DNA of 64,000 bases from Neoechinorhynchus agilis (Eukaryota; Animalia; Acanthocephala), in contig CM121342.1 of assembly GCA_051530055.1 (NCBI GenBank), positions 4,463,489 to 4,527,488 of the forward strand, given 5' to 3'. The translations under genes were made by a program, and so were the position numbers. How positions within the stretch are numbered: position 1 is the stretch's first letter; the number at the start of each line of letters is the position of its first letter. Below the pieces are notes generated by a model, which was not told where the DNA came from, did not search any database, and saw only the letters and a list, made by a program, of their open reading frames with translations. This document shows, one piece after another, positions 1 through 13,088 of the stretch.

Positions 1-239
1 AGATTTATACCAGAGGCAAAACTCATTTACAAATAGAACCGACAAAGCTTGGCTGATTTTTACAATCATTGATTTTAATAGAAAAATAGTCTTCGCGCAC
101 TTTCATGGATTTATAATTTCTTATATGTGATTTTTTAGCCAAAAAGTTGTGACATTTAATTTTATCGTCTTTAAGGTTGATTCTTGGCCTCGATATACTA
201 GTCGATTTCGATTTTATTCTGTACAAAATTTAATGCTTC

Positions 240-490
240 AGCTGCCTTCTCTGGGACGCCGCGTTCGTATACTCGCTCGCAACCAGCAAGAGGAGAGCAG
301 CAACCGCCGTTGAGGACCGCAAAAAGATTAATAAATACAACGATCTGAGTCGAAATCATTATTTCGTTTCATTTGGCGTCGAGACATTCGGGTCGATTGG
401 TACCGCTGTGCAGGACCTTGTCAATCAATTGTCTAAGAGATTGAGACGAATCACTGGCGATCCGAGATCAGGAGTATTCCTCCGTCTTTT
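240..490 (+). mobile_element. C-terminal fragment of a CRE-like (REL-endonuclease) non-LTR retrotransposon
   Basis: Manual translation ...AATAVEDRKKINKYNDLSRNHYFVSFGVETFGSIGTAVQDLVNQLSKRLRRITGDPRSGVFL resembles the CRE-clade C-terminus (RKxxKY...FVPFAVETxG...GDPRS..FL). A related copy lies at about 57380-57510. Confidence 0.7.
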
Positions 491-699
491 CGACCGTTAC
501 ACCAGGACGGCTCCAGAGTGATCCAGAAAGGCGGTGGTGGTGTGAATGATTTAAAATCCGAAAAAGTGCCGCTCTTAAATAAACAAATACAAGAGCCTTA
601 AAAATAAAAAAGACCATGAATATCGTGAATTACAAAACTTGTTTATTATCACTACAAATCTGCATTAAACTATAGCAAAGAATACAAATTTAGTAACAA

Positions 700-1330
700 T
701 AATCACAGCGTTTACTCTTTGCAGTAAGAAATTGAAATTTTATTATCAAAACCGACGCTACACAAAAATTGAAGATTGTCTTTTATTTAATAAATTTATG
801 TTCATTCGAGTAAGCTTTCAAACACACTTTATGGTTTTCGTTTTTGATGTCTAACAATAATTAGCTTTGCTTTTGACTCTCTCTTAGAAACAAAAATATT
901 GCAATGTGATCCAATTTGATAGAAGAAGCAATTATTGAACTTTCAAAATGGCTTAAATGCTCTTTATTTTAAAAAGAGTAGATGGAACGAATTGTTCTAT
1001 AGGCGAAATCTTTCCGATTAATTGTCCATCATAAATCATTTATTTGTGTCATTTTAATGTACCTAAAGTACTTCTTTACACGTTGGATTTTACTCATGAA
1101 CATTTAGCATCTCAGGGATTTTAGATTAACATAATCCTTGTCAATTTTGCGTAATTCATCTATGTGAGTTGCAACCCTAATTCGATTAGCTGTTGTTTTA
1201 AGGACAATTGGCCGTATATAAATATCACAAGGGCAATCATACAATGTTGAGCAATCTTTGGGTATTAAGGGTTTTTTCGTCTGAAGATGGTCTCCAAACT
1301 AAATGGAATATTCTGGAATTTATGGACGTC
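700..1330 (-). mobile_element. Highly degenerate Penelope-like reverse transcriptase remnant
   Basis: Scattered minus-strand motifs IYIRPIV, KFNNCFFYQIG..NIFV and KDNLQFL occur in the expected PLE RT order, with many stops and frameshifts. Confidence 0.35.
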
Positions 1331-2010
1331 GACGAATAAAAAATCAACCTTAGTGGAAAATAAGGAACAATTTTCTCAAATTGCCTTACCAACGCTAATT
1401 AATGTGTGTTTTTAAAAGTTCATACCTTAAAGGACCTTCTGTCTAATTTCTGCAGAAACACTTTGCAAAGGCGTAAATACGCAAATTGGTACCTTTTTTT
1501 CGGGACGTGTTACAAGATTATTCATGAGTGCTACTTGTTTTTCCACTCGCTTTGAACTATATAGTTTTTTTTATGTGAGTGTGTGTGTGGTTCGACCATT
1601 TTTCGCCATTTAGAAAAAGTTAGCGCTTCCCCCTCCCCGTATCGAATCCAGTCGAACCATCGACCTGTTGAAGGTGTGAATTTCTACGCCGAATTTTTTC
1701 AATGTCAGTCTCACATTTCAACGACATTTCGATGTCAAGTAGTGGGTTCGAACGGGTTCTCACAATGCAGACTTCGTCTCGGCGATCGAGTGTTCGATTG
1801 TACTGTTGCCGTAGAAGAGTAGGAAGATTGAAATTTTATTCAAATGAATCACAAGAAGGTGCACTTACCGTCTCCCCACGCTCAGTGACGCTTTACTTTT
1901 GTATCTTTTCCTCGCTCCTCTTGTTGTGCAACTGTTTCTTCGACTACATAGAGCGAGAGGACGGAGAACGATTTCTTTTTTTTTTGATAACCACAAAAGT
2001 GCAGATAAAC

Positions 2011-3275
2011 ATGATGCCACCGGTCGTTTTCCGTGGAAAGGTTAATCGAAATCCTACTTCTCCCCACATCCGGCAAGAACCCAATATAATTCTACAAGCT
2101 CAAGTACTTGTATACCAACCTGAGTACACGACTCAGTCCTGCGCACCGGATAAACTACACAAAATTGTCGATTGGGTCTATCACAACAGGCAAAGTAACT
2201 GTGAGTTTTGAACTTTCAAACAACAAAATGTTAAAACTCTTGATCGCCTATAGACCAAAGTGCAACGATGAAGTTTAGTCCACGCGGCATTAGTCTCGAG
2301 TATTTACCAAGAGTTCCAATGGCGTCGGCTTCGTCTCCATTCATAATGCATTCGAATCGATATGACGAGAACCGATTGATTTTATCCAAAGATCCAGTCA
2401 CCTTTAAGACGAGAAATATCAAGGGTCTTTGGCTAGATCCAATACACCAATCTTTCATCGCAATCGTTGTTGGGTATAGATCAAACTCAAAAAATCCTTC
2501 AAACCAAGTAACCGACGCCTATATAACAAATCCAATTGAACACCAGTATCTTGTAATTGTAGTTAGTTTAATTCACGCCAACAATCAACAACCAATGTCT
2601 GCAACTAACGAAGCTCAATATATCGTTAGCAGATTTCATAAGATGATGAGGGTTGGACGACAAGTGAGAAACAAATACGATGAATACGTTGTGTCATCTT
2701 CACCAAGTTCAGACAGGCAAGTTAACAAGTTTAGACATCCAGATCTTCCTTCTGGTACAAACGGAGGACGTAGACGTTGTGGTCAAAGTATGGATAGACG
2801 GCGAAAAGCTCGGGCTTTGATTGACCAGAATACTCGTACTTCATGGGTGTCCAAAGGTAATCAGAATCGACGTGAGGCAGAAACTCAAGTGAATGGAGTC
2901 ACTTTAAGAAATAATCCGGGGTTAAGAAATGCCAGTAAGATGGTACGGAGACGATCGTGTAGTCAGCCAAGTAGGTGTCCGGGTGAAAATGAGAACAGTC
3001 CGGATATTGACACAAGTTCCGATCGATGTGATAATGATTCAGATGATCACGGAAGGTGTGACGATGTAAGGAAACTTGAGAGCGGGTCCAACTCATCGAC
3101 GGACACCATTAATAACGGAGAGAAACATTTCGGGTTAGTCGTATACAATGAAGGAAGCAGCATTGAGAAGTCTAATCGGTCAAATAGACATTCTGAAAAA
3201 ATGCAGAAGGTAGAAGAACGTGCCGCGTATGTGGGATCCAATGAGGATGTCAAATTTACAATGTTTTTTCCATAA
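2011..3275 (+). CDS. Two-exon gene, probable PTB/PID-domain adaptor with a low-complexity C-terminus
   Basis: ORF 1702-2211 joins ORF 2268-3275 in frame through a phase-1 GTGAGT..TAG intron at 2201-2253 (53 nt). TMKFSPRGISL and KGLWLDPIHQSFIAIVV resemble PTB strands. The start may lie further upstream (1702). Confidence 0.5.
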
Positions 3276-3753
3276 TAAGTGTAGAATTTAAACTGTTCAA
3301 GTTTAGATACTTTGTTTCGATCTATTTTTGTGGTCGCTGATAAAATTAGGTGTCACTGAAAATGGCCGAGTATTCTATCCAATCACGTTGCAGACTTGCG
3401 TAAAACGATTTACTAAAGACGAAAATGATAATTATTTAGCGTTTCACGATCGCGATTTTAACGTTTAACTAATCAATAGACCCAATTCCTCTAACATTCT
3501 ATCCATTATTCAGTTCTTATTTCTCCGAACTCGTATTTCAACTATTTAACACTCTCTATTTCTGGGCCTTAGAACCTCCCACCGTTTTGTTTCTATTTAT
3601 GGACCAAAGAAAAATTCAATACTATGGGCATTATTATGCTGAAAGGGAGAATAGCAACTATTAAATAATAAAATATGCCTTAGTTCCAAAATAAAGGTTT
3701 ATCGAGCTCCTCTTTGTGACTACTGATCCTACGTACATACAACTCCTCGGCGG

Positions 3754-4440
3754 ATGAATATTTTATTTAAAGAGATACACGGAGTGAAAGAGCAACTTGA
3801 GAGATTAACGCCCGGACCAGATTTCGAAAAAACTATATCTCAAATGAAATCAGAGCTCGAGTTAATTCACCAGAAGCTTGACAAGTGTCTTACTATTGGA
3901 ATGGATTGCAGCGATAACTCATGTTGGAATTACCAGCAACCGACTAAGGCGAACGTTCAATGCGTAAATAACCGAGAAAACGTGAACCAAGTATGTGCGC
4001 ACCATGAGTATGAGAATGTGGAATTTAATAGGAGTCAGCAAATCGCGAATGTTGACAGAAGAGTCACGAAACCTCCAGCACCTTCTTACCCGAGTTTTAG
4101 TGATCACCTCACCAATCCAATGTTGATAGGTAATCCATCACTTCTGATGAATACACTAGCTAATCAGTTCGGTGTTGCTGTTGATTCTCCAGAACTTATT
4201 AGAATCATCCAAAATCAGCCGTTGTTCATGGCTAATAGACGGACTTTTGCAAATCTGATTTGGGACATGAGCTCAAGTGAAGAGGCGGTCCTTACGGCTA
4301 GACCATCACCTGTCCCAGAGGAAATGAAAGCTAAAGCGTGGGGGAAACGGCATGGTTTGAATAAGAAGAGCAACTTAAAGAGCAGGAACGGCACTCGAAA
4401 GGACGCTCTCAGTGTCAAAACTGTCAGTTTTAAATTTTAG
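3754..4440 (+). CDS. Hypothetical protein (228 aa) with an N-terminal coiled-coil-like segment
   Basis: Long ATG ORF in AT-rich surroundings. No family recognised. Confidence 0.5.
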   Translation: MNILFKEIHGVKEQLERLTPGPDFEKTISQMKSELELIHQKLDKCLTIGMDCSDNSCWNYQQPTKANVQCVNNRENVNQVCAHHEYENVEFNRSQQIANVDRRVTKPPAPSYPSFSDHLTNPMLIGNPSLLMNTLANQFGVAVDSPELIRIIQNQPLFMANRRTFANLIWDMSSSEEAVLTARPSPVPEEMKAKAWGKRHGLNKKSNLKSRNGTRKDALSVKTVSFKF

Positions 4441-5879
4441 TGATGTACAGGACACATTATTGTGTTGTTGATTGTGTAGAAAAAGATTTAATACATTAAC
4501 AAGCGTTGTTTTTGAGAATTGGGGCAAGCCAAAATATCAATTCGTTGCCAGAAACGCCCAAATCATATTATAATCTCGATATAGTTTCTAATTGAGCATT
4601 ATAATACTTATTGAAAATTAAAACTGCTCATGATTGTTGTATAGTGGCTACAAAATTTTGTAAATTTATTGAATCGATAATTGCCTGAAAGTTATTACAA
4701 CGTAAGTTCGTCTCGTCAATCAAACCATTTTTGCTACCTCTAATATGAACGGTCTCCCTACTGCCGATCCAAGAAAATCTGAGTAAGGGTTTTATCGTTA
4801 ATTTTAAGCATTATATCATCTGAGTCGTTTCATCGCACAAATTAAAAATGCCACGATTAAAATTGATGTGATCAGCAAATAGCAAATCGATAATATAGAA
4901 AGGCTTTTCATGGACAAAATCTGATCAATTGAATTGAGAGATGTTAAGGAGGGAGCCAAGTGGCTAGAGGTCGGACTTTTACCAAGAAGGTCCGGAATTT
5001 ATGTCCAAAGACTATTTGCTTCTGCCAGGAAGGACATCCAACTATAAATTTTAATTACTCCATTAAAGTCCTCTAGCAATAGAGGCACCTTCGCCGAATT
5101 AAAAAGTGAATACTTTCTCTTGGGGATTAATGGTGTAGAAATAAAACAAAGGGCATTTCGCTGATATTTGATGTAATTAAATTTCCCATGTTGTGTGGCA
5201 TTCGGATATGTTCACCTATTCTGACTGATCCAAATAGTGCTTATCAGTTTATCTTGAATTCTATTCATCAAAATGTACGATCGCTTAAAATCTTCGGATA
5301 AACCCGTCAAAAGGGTAGCGTTGAAATATGATTCTGGTATCCTAAGCGTTTTTTTTCGATGGAGTTTATTAGGAAATCCAGTATCATTATTAGTTCCTGA
5401 TTACGGACGAATTTCGTAACACATCGCACTTCTTTTCAAATGTGCCTACAAATTGGAATTTCTTATTTTGTAAACTCCTCCCGGACCTTTAAAGCTCCGA
5501 ACTGCAACATGAATAGCTTTTTAAATGTTGTTTCATTTTTTTAATCAGAATTTTTTTAGATTAGATTCTCTGCAAATACAATGAGAACCCAATGAGAGGT
5601 TCTCAAGAATTCATATTCATCGAATGGATCTATGGTGCACTTATATCCGTGAAAGTGAGCTAAGATTTGTTCACCAAGTTACCTTAATCGAACGTCTTTC
5701 AAGTGTTGTCAAAACAACGAATGGCCAAAATAAGGGTTTTGTTTCCGTCCTAGCGGTATTCGGTCTCAAACTCGAGGATAAATACGGAGGTTCAAATAGT
5801 GTGCGTGTCACACTCCCTTGCTCTTAATCAAACGAGATCGCTCTTCATCGCTTCGAACGTCGCTTTTATTCTGTTCAAG

Positions 5880-7305
5880 ATGCAAGGACATTCTTCATAT
5901 TATAATCGTGGGAATCAACCTCATGGTGGCAGTAACGAATTTCGGTCGAACGAATACACTAATCATGGTTGCATCGATCGACAGACCTTTGTAAGATCAC
6001 CAATTTCACATCAAAATCGGCACCATCATCCGAGATGTCACAATGAACGATCTCACGAAGCTTACGGATATAGCGAACAATATGGCAATGAGGCTTATCA
6101 GAAGGAGTTAAGTGGAATTAATAAGATAAATAGAGTGGAGAACCTAAGATACGACCGAAGTTATTACCAACCACGAAGAAAATTAGAACAATCGAATGTT
6201 GCTGGCATCCAAGCTCCATGTGAAAACGATCATTTGGAAAACTACACTGATAATCTTGAGGGGTATGCCACGGCAAATGAAATCGGTCCAATGATAAATC
6301 TCGAAGAACATATAGTAGATCATGAAATACCACTTGAATCTGCATTGGATCTCCATCCGGATATGCCGGTTGAAGAAAAGAAACCCTCGCTGATGAATGA
6401 AGTACCCCCGAGACTCATAAAGAAGTCGCTAGATGAGCCTGCAGCAACATATAAGCAATCGGTGTGGATAAAGTATCTAAAACCACCTAGGCTTCCGGTT
6501 CCGGGGCCCATAATCATTAAAGAAATTCGGGAAAAGCAGCAGCCTCAACCTCCACCGATAATAATTCGTCAGAAACCAGAAATCCCAAGGACTCCTCCAC
6601 CTCTGATTCTCCGAGAAAAGCCTCCATGTGCACCGCGAATTCCAAAAACTCAAGTCTTGATCAAACGGATTCCTCCCCCTCCTCCGAAACCAAGACAAGT
6701 GATAGTGGAGCGCTATCCTCCACTGCCCCCCAAGCCGCGTGACATTATAATCGAGAAATGGTTACCTTATGCTGCTCCACCGAAACGTAAAGTGATTGTT
6801 CATCGAGCACCACCACCAAAAGTGGAGGAACCAACGAGAAATCTGATAATTCAATACGTCGCAAAGAACCCGGAGGTGATGAGATGTTATAAAAACCTAG
6901 GAATCGATGAAGTTAATCCAGAAATGTATGAAGCACTTTATCGTAGTCAACTCTTGGATCCTAATTGTCTAAAGCATGCAGCGGCTGAGGAAGGAATCCT
7001 TGATGTAGTTGTAAGTTTTTGATTAGCGTTTGCATCATCTTCATAATTTAGGAATCAAATAACTGTTGCCCGGTTTATATGCAGTGCCCAAGTCGAAGGT
7101 TCTATGCCCCTTGCATGGCACGAAAGCGATTATCAATGTGTCAATCGATACCTCCTTGCAATTACATTCCTAGTGACATTTGTGAGGCAAAGGTAAGTTT
7201 GAAATACGTTGTTCCATTTCCTAAAATCAATTTGGTTAGACACTTAGTTGTGGCGACATTCAAGAATGGGAATGTGAGGATTGCTGTAATGAGGAGTGCT
7301 CATGA
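5880..7305 (+). CDS. Proline-rich repeat protein (IIIRxKP/PPPP motifs) with a Cys-rich C-terminus, 3 exons
   Basis: ATG at 5880. Canonical phase-0 GTAAGT..TAG introns at 7011-7051 (41 nt) and 7193-7239 (47 nt) give a continuous frame ending ...CEDCCNEECS-stop at 7305. Confidence 0.75.
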
Positions 7306-7896
7306 TGAGACTTCTTATTTAGTTTAATATTAGACTGCAATAAATGCGATTCTTTGCACGAATCCAAATCAACAAAATCAAAAAATGTAGTATTTCCGAC
7401 AATCAGTGAATGTTTTTTAACGAGGAAGCCTAAACATTTATTTTTTATCTAAAGTGCTCGTTAAAAAACCATTCGTTTTACGTTTTAATTTTGAATGCTG
7501 GTCCATATTTGGCCACCTATCGTCAGCAATCGATCGCTTAACTTTCAAAAAAGGAAACATCCAGTAGTAATATTTTTTAAATCTTTTTCGGCGCACTCAA
7601 CAGTTAGTTAAGCAATGCATCCAGACGTGGCTCTTTTTTTATTATTGATTTCGTACAGATCATCGACCGGAAGCTTCGGTGATAGGGAAATTCATATCTG
7701 CTTATAAAAATTTGGAAGTTTCATCTTTTCAAATTGAAATTCACGTGGCGTACGAATTGGATTTGAAAATTTGCTGCAAATCTTCCTTGATGAGCTCTGC
7801 GCCTGACTATGAAGATCAAACGATAGATATTTCCTTTTGTATCGATTAAATGGTCAAAGTAAAGTCCAAGCTACGAAATTTAATCTGACTCAAAGA

Positions 7897-8832
7897 TCAA
7901 TCAACATCATTTAGGTCCTTTGGATCATCATCGTCCAAGTCAATTAGTTGGTGATTCTTGAACGGTTCGCCGGCGACCATTTCTTTGGGATCATTAAAGT
8001 GCTCGGACACTTGAGGAGGTACGCTCGAATCACTGAAATGTACACTATTCCAACCGTAGTGTCCAGCTATCAACGACGACGTTTTTGTAAAGAAATAATT
8101 TTGAGCGCAATCAAAAAACCGTCTACAACAAATGTTCTTGTTAAAACGACAATTCTTAAGAACACTTGAATTAAAACGTCCCACAGAATGTCGTCGATTT
8201 CGTACAATCTTGTTATCTAACGGAACTCTTTCCTCAATGGAATGGATGTTCGAGACTCCGCATCTTTCATCAATCAACGGTCTACGTTCAAGAGCGACTC
8301 GTCTCCTTATCGTCAGTTCAAAACTATCGCTCAAGAGCATTCTGAGTTCTTTCAATTGTTTGTTCGTTAATTCATATAAATCACTGTCGCCACTTTTTAT
8401 ACTATGATTCGCATACACTGCAATGATCGTCGCAAAATCCTCACGGAATTGCATTTCAAACTCTCGAATATTGGACACAATGTCCAAGGAACCTTCCAGG
8501 ACCAAATGTAATAGAACCAAAATGCATTTATGAATGGATCGAATAGTTTGCCCGAATCTCAATAACAGCATCCTACGCTCTAGAGCACTCATTATTAAAC
8601 ACCGTCCTTCATTTAGACGACTCAATGATGAAAGTTCGGCCAATTGTTTCGGTAATGGACCTCCCGGACTATCGTTTGTTGCTTCTGCAATCAAAAGTTC
8701 GACTGAGTTTTGTCCACATAATATCCCAATTGACTTCCTTAACATTAAATCGAGTTTTATATGGAGATAAATACATCCAAGAGACCTGTCCGGAGCTAAT
8801 GGAATCGCTGAATCTCGGTTGCTTAGTAACAT
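7897..8832 (-). CDS. Divergent ENTH-domain (epsin-like) protein
   Basis: EATNDSPGGP, IMSALERRM, RSIHKCILVLLHLVLEGS and KQLKELRMLLSD align with the epsin ENTH motifs EATSNDPWGP, IMSMIWKRL, RHVYKAMTLMEYLIKTGS and KAKQLVALLRD. Confidence 0.7.
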   Translation of the reverse strand: MLLSNRDSAIPLAPDRSLGCIYLHIKLDLMLRKSIGILCGQNSVELLIAEATNDSPGGPLPKQLAELSSLSRLNEGRCLIMSALERRMLLLRFGQTIRSIHKCILVLLHLVLEGSLDIVSNIREFEMQFREDFATIIAVYANHSIKSGDSDLYELTNKQLKELRMLLSDSFELTIRRRVALERRPLIDERCGVSNIHSIEERVPLDNKIVRNRRHSVGRFNSSVLKNCRFNKNICCRRFFDCAQNYFFTKTSSLIAGHYGWNSVHFSDSSVPPQVSEHFNDPKEMVAGEPFKNHQLIDLDDDDPKDLNDVD

Positions 8833-9895
8833 TCACAATCTTCACGAAAATTTAACTTTAGGTTTCCGGCCCAAAAAGTAGCAAATGTTCATCAAAGACC
8901 TTTTTGTGTGCGCAGAACACGATGTCAAAATCAACAACAATCAAATCTTTGTAAAATTGCCAAAAACATATTAAAAAAAGGTTCATTATGGCAGAATTTA
9001 AATAAAAACACCAATAATTTTAAAAATGTTTTGAATTGAGTATAAAAATTAAAAGAATTTATTGATTTCAATATTTGGGAACAACCTCGTGGATGCTTAA
9101 ACGTTTATTAATAATTAAAAACCTTGATAAAGGCGTACAAGATTGTGCCGAAATATTGGAATCAATTCTTTTAATTTTTACGGAAAATACAAATTAATTT
9201 TTTTAAATACGACATCGTCGTAAAGCTTCTGATTTTCTTGGCTGTGAACGCAAAACGAATCGTCGGGATTATTAGGTTCCAGTTTTTTTCAATGACGCCT
9301 AAAACTCTGAACAGAACTAAATTTATTCTTAGACTGCAAATAAAAATTATTAGAATTAAATTATTACCAATATTCATTATGGATTTAATCGATATTGAAA
9401 TACATTAAAACGAATGATTGATTTTGTACAATATTCGGAACGTCGTATAAAAATCTTGCAAATTTGTCTAACTGAATATTCGTCTTTTTTTACAAAATTA
9501 ATAACTTTTCGATTCACACTTTAATCAGCACAGATCAAACGGAAAAATATCTACGGAGATTCGTTCAAAATCCAATAATAACCGTGATCGAACGAAACAA
9601 AAAAGATTTGGTTTACGAAAAAAATAATAATTTTTCTAAAACATTAATTGCTTTCACATTGGATTTCGACAAATTAAATCGAAAGTTTTTTGATTACAAA
9701 ATAGAACAACGCGATTAAAAAATTGAATTTCTTTGTTGCATTTCAATCATTAGGAACTGTCTCAAGTCTATAACAAATAAAAGTTACAAAAACCAAATAA
9801 TTAAAAAGAATAATTTAAGTATGACGATAGAACCCAGGAAGTTTCATGTAGCGAAATGATGGAAGAGTAAAAAACCGGGATTTCCGGTTTTCGGC

Positions 9896-10059
9896 ATACT
9901 TACCTGGTTCCGGAGTTAACGGTGGTCAGGAAGGCCGTTCTCCCGGGCAGAGGCCCTTCCATTGCACTTCGGCGGTGGCTGACGTCTGCGATTTCTCCAA
10001 ATCGGGGAAACTCGGGAATGGAATTTTTGGGTGTGGGGATTGCGTTCGCGCTTTCCCCT
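9896..10059 (+). ncRNA. U1: U1 spliceosomal snRNA
   Basis: Starts ATACTTACCTGG. Stem-loop I has loop GGTCAGGAAG and loop II contains CCATTGCACT. Sm site AATTTTTGG; terminal stem GGGGATTGCGTTCGCGCTTTCCCC; length about 164 nt. Confidence 0.97.
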
Positions 10060-11138
10060 TTAAATGGAAAATAAAGATAAATCGATCGGTAAATCGAGTC
10101 TCGATTTTTTTGTCCTTAGATTTTTTCGTAGGGCTCTCGTTTTATGCGTCATTTTCGATTCCATGGATCCGTCTCCAAAATGAATTTTGTTTCTATAAAA
10201 CGTTTCCGAATTGAGAATTTTCTTGCGAGTTAATTCAGGGTTTTTTCCTCAACGTCCATTTACCAATTTTCGTATCGCCTTCCGAGTTTTTCCGTTGGTA
10301 AGGCATTTTAAATCTTTTGAAAACAGTTTCTTGGGATTTTGTAGTAACAATCATTTTTTGGACTGTCGTAATTTGAAATGGCTGCTCACAAGATTGAGAG
10401 TTTCAATATCGGCAATGAATTTTAAATTGAAAACGGTTATTTTTCTGATTTGATGGAATCGTTTTATGACCAACAAACGTATTTTTTCACTGACATAAAG
10501 AAATTGGGATTATTCGATGGATTTGTCTCTTTTCGATTTCATCGTATCCGCCAATTCGAGAATGGAAGATGTGGTTGTCGTAGCCATCGGAGTTATTTTT
10601 TTTGATCGAATTAAACTGCTCGAAGTCATGAAAAGCGTTATCCTTGGATTTAGGAAAACTTTGGTACCCAACTTTTCATTCACCGCATAAACGATGATAA
10701 TTCATTGAGAGAGAAAAAATCCTTTGGTTGATAAAGTTTTATTTAAAACTTAATAAAACAAAGACCTATTTTTTATCAAAATAATTTAATGGCCAATAAT
10801 CAGCGCGTTTCCTCTTGTCAGCATTTTCGGTTTCTAACTCCGATTCATATAAGAAATTCTTTGCAGCGAACAATCATAGGGATTTTAAAATGAACATTTA
10901 ATCACCGAAATTCCTAAGAAAAAAGCCTAAAACCTAAAAGTTTTCTTTCTTTTATCGAAAGAGAAAGTGGACTCACAGAATAAATCATTTTTTAAAAGGA
11001 ATAAAAATGTAGAACGCCGAAAACTGTTCTACCCAACTTTTCATTCGTCGCAAAAAAGATGATAATTACGTTTATTTTCATATCCAAAATATCAGCTTGA
11101 AAATGTCGAGTTTAAGGTTGGAATCGGAGGTTGAGAGT

Positions 11139-13032
11139 GCTGACTACTGGGCAGTTGGGTCCTTGAACTCTAGGACATCCAAAATGTACCCATTGGCCAA
11201 GGTACACAAATGTCCGACAACGAGGATGTTGAGAGATTCGTTGCAGGGAATCCATGACATTGTACCATTGAAGATTGATAAAGGATATGGATATTGCGTT
11301 ACCAATCGTGAACAGTATCAAGAGCCTCGTTTCAAGATATTAATGGGAATTCAGTTCAAGTGTCTTAATGTTTGTCCTACTCTGAAACTGGAAAAGGAAT
11401 TGAATGCATTCCTTGGCTGATGAAGCAAAATAAAATTGGGTGTGCTGACTACTGGACAGTTAGGTCCTTGAACTCTAAGACATCCAAAATGTACCCATTG
11501 GCCAAGGTACACAAATGTCCGACAACGAGGATGTTGAGAGATTCGTTGCAGGGAATCCATGACATTGTACCATTGAAGATTGATAAAGGATATGGATATT
11601 GCGTTACCAATCGTGAACAGTATCAAGAGCCTCGTTTCAAGATATTAATGGGAATTCAGTTCAAGTGTCTTAATGTTTGTCCTACTCTGAAACTGGAAAA
11701 GGAATTGAATGCATTCCTTGGCTGATGAAGCAAAATAAAATTGAGATTGCTGACTACTGGGCAGTTTGGTCCTTGAACTCTAGGACATCCAAAATGTACC
11801 CATTGGCCAAGGTACACAAATGATCGACAACGAGGATGTTGAGAGATTCGTTGCAGGGAATCCATGACATTGTACCATTGAAGATTGATAAAGGATATGG
11901 ATATTGCGTTACCAATCGTGAACAGTATCAAGAGCCTCGTTTCAAGATATTAATGGGAATTCAGTTCAAGTGTCTTAATGTTTGTCCTACTCTGAAACTG
12001 GAAAAGAGATTGAATGCATTCCTTGGCTGATGAAGCAAAATAAAAGTGGGAGTGCTGACTACTGGACAGTTAGGTCCTTGAACTCTAAGACATCCAAAAT
12101 GTACCCATTGGCCAAGGTACACAAATGTCCGACAACGAGGATGTTGAGAGATTCGTTGCAGGGAATCCATGACATTGTACCATTGAAGATTGATAAAGGA
12201 TATGGATATTGCGTTACCAATCGTGAACAGTATCAAGAGCCTCGTTTCAAGATATTAATAAGAATTCAGTTCAAGTGTCTTAATGTTTGTCCTACTCTGA
12301 AACTGGAAAAGAAATTCAATGCATTCCTTGGCTGATGAAGCAAAATAAAAGTGGGAGTGCTGATTACTGGGCAGTTTGGTCCTTGAACTCTAGGACATCC
12401 AAAATGTACCCATTGGCCAAGGTACACAAATGTCCGACAACGAGGATGTTAAGAGATTCGTTAGAGGGAATCCATGACATTGTACCATTGAAGATTGATA
12501 AAGGATATGGATATTGCGTTACCAATCGTGAACCGTATCAAGAGACTCGTTTCAAGATATTAATGGGAATTCAGTTCAAGTGTCTTAATGTTTGTCCTAC
12601 TCTGAAACTGGAAAAGGAATTGAATGCATTCCTTGGCTGATGAAGCAAAATAAAATTGGGTGTGCTGACTACTGGGCAGTTTGGTCCTTGAACTCTAAGA
12701 CATCTAAAATGTACCCATTGGCCAAGGTACACAAATGTCCGACAACGAGGATGTTGAGAGATTCGTTGCAGGGAATCCATGACATTGTACCATTGAAGAT
12801 TGATAAAGGATATGGATATTGCGTTACCAATCGTGAACAGTATCAAACCTCGTTTCAAGATATTAATGGGAATTCAGTTCAAGTGTCTTAATGTTTGTCC
12901 TACTCTGAAACTGGAAAAGGAATTCAATGCATTCCTTGGCTGATGAAGCAAAATAAAATTGAGATTGCTGACTACTGGGCAGTTTGGTCCTTGAACTCTA
13001 AGACATCCAAAATGTACCCATTGGCCAAGGTA
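11139..13032 (+). repeat. Tandem array, 305-bp unit, about 6.2 copies, derived from a Penelope-like RT N-terminal segment
   Basis: GCTGACTACTGG (one copy with a single mismatch) recurs at 11139, 11444, 11749, 12054, 12359, 12664 and 12967. The unit translates as DIVPLKIDKGYGYCVTNREQY...CPTLKLEKELNAFL / SKMYPLAKVHKCP. Confidence 0.95.
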
Positions 13033-13088
13033 ATTGAAAATCAAAATTGAACCTGTCAGCTTCATCGAGAATGATGATTTTATGCGCC

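Noticed and set aside
5255-5300. HQNVRSL as an APE endonuclease start of a LINE
   Set aside because: A single short motif followed by a stop, with no further APE or RT motifs recognised.
11097-12891. Repeated 64-117 aa ORFs as a tandem gene family
   Set aside because: They are a by-product of the 305-bp unit, with a frameshift and stop in every unit. A decayed PLE fragment explains them better.
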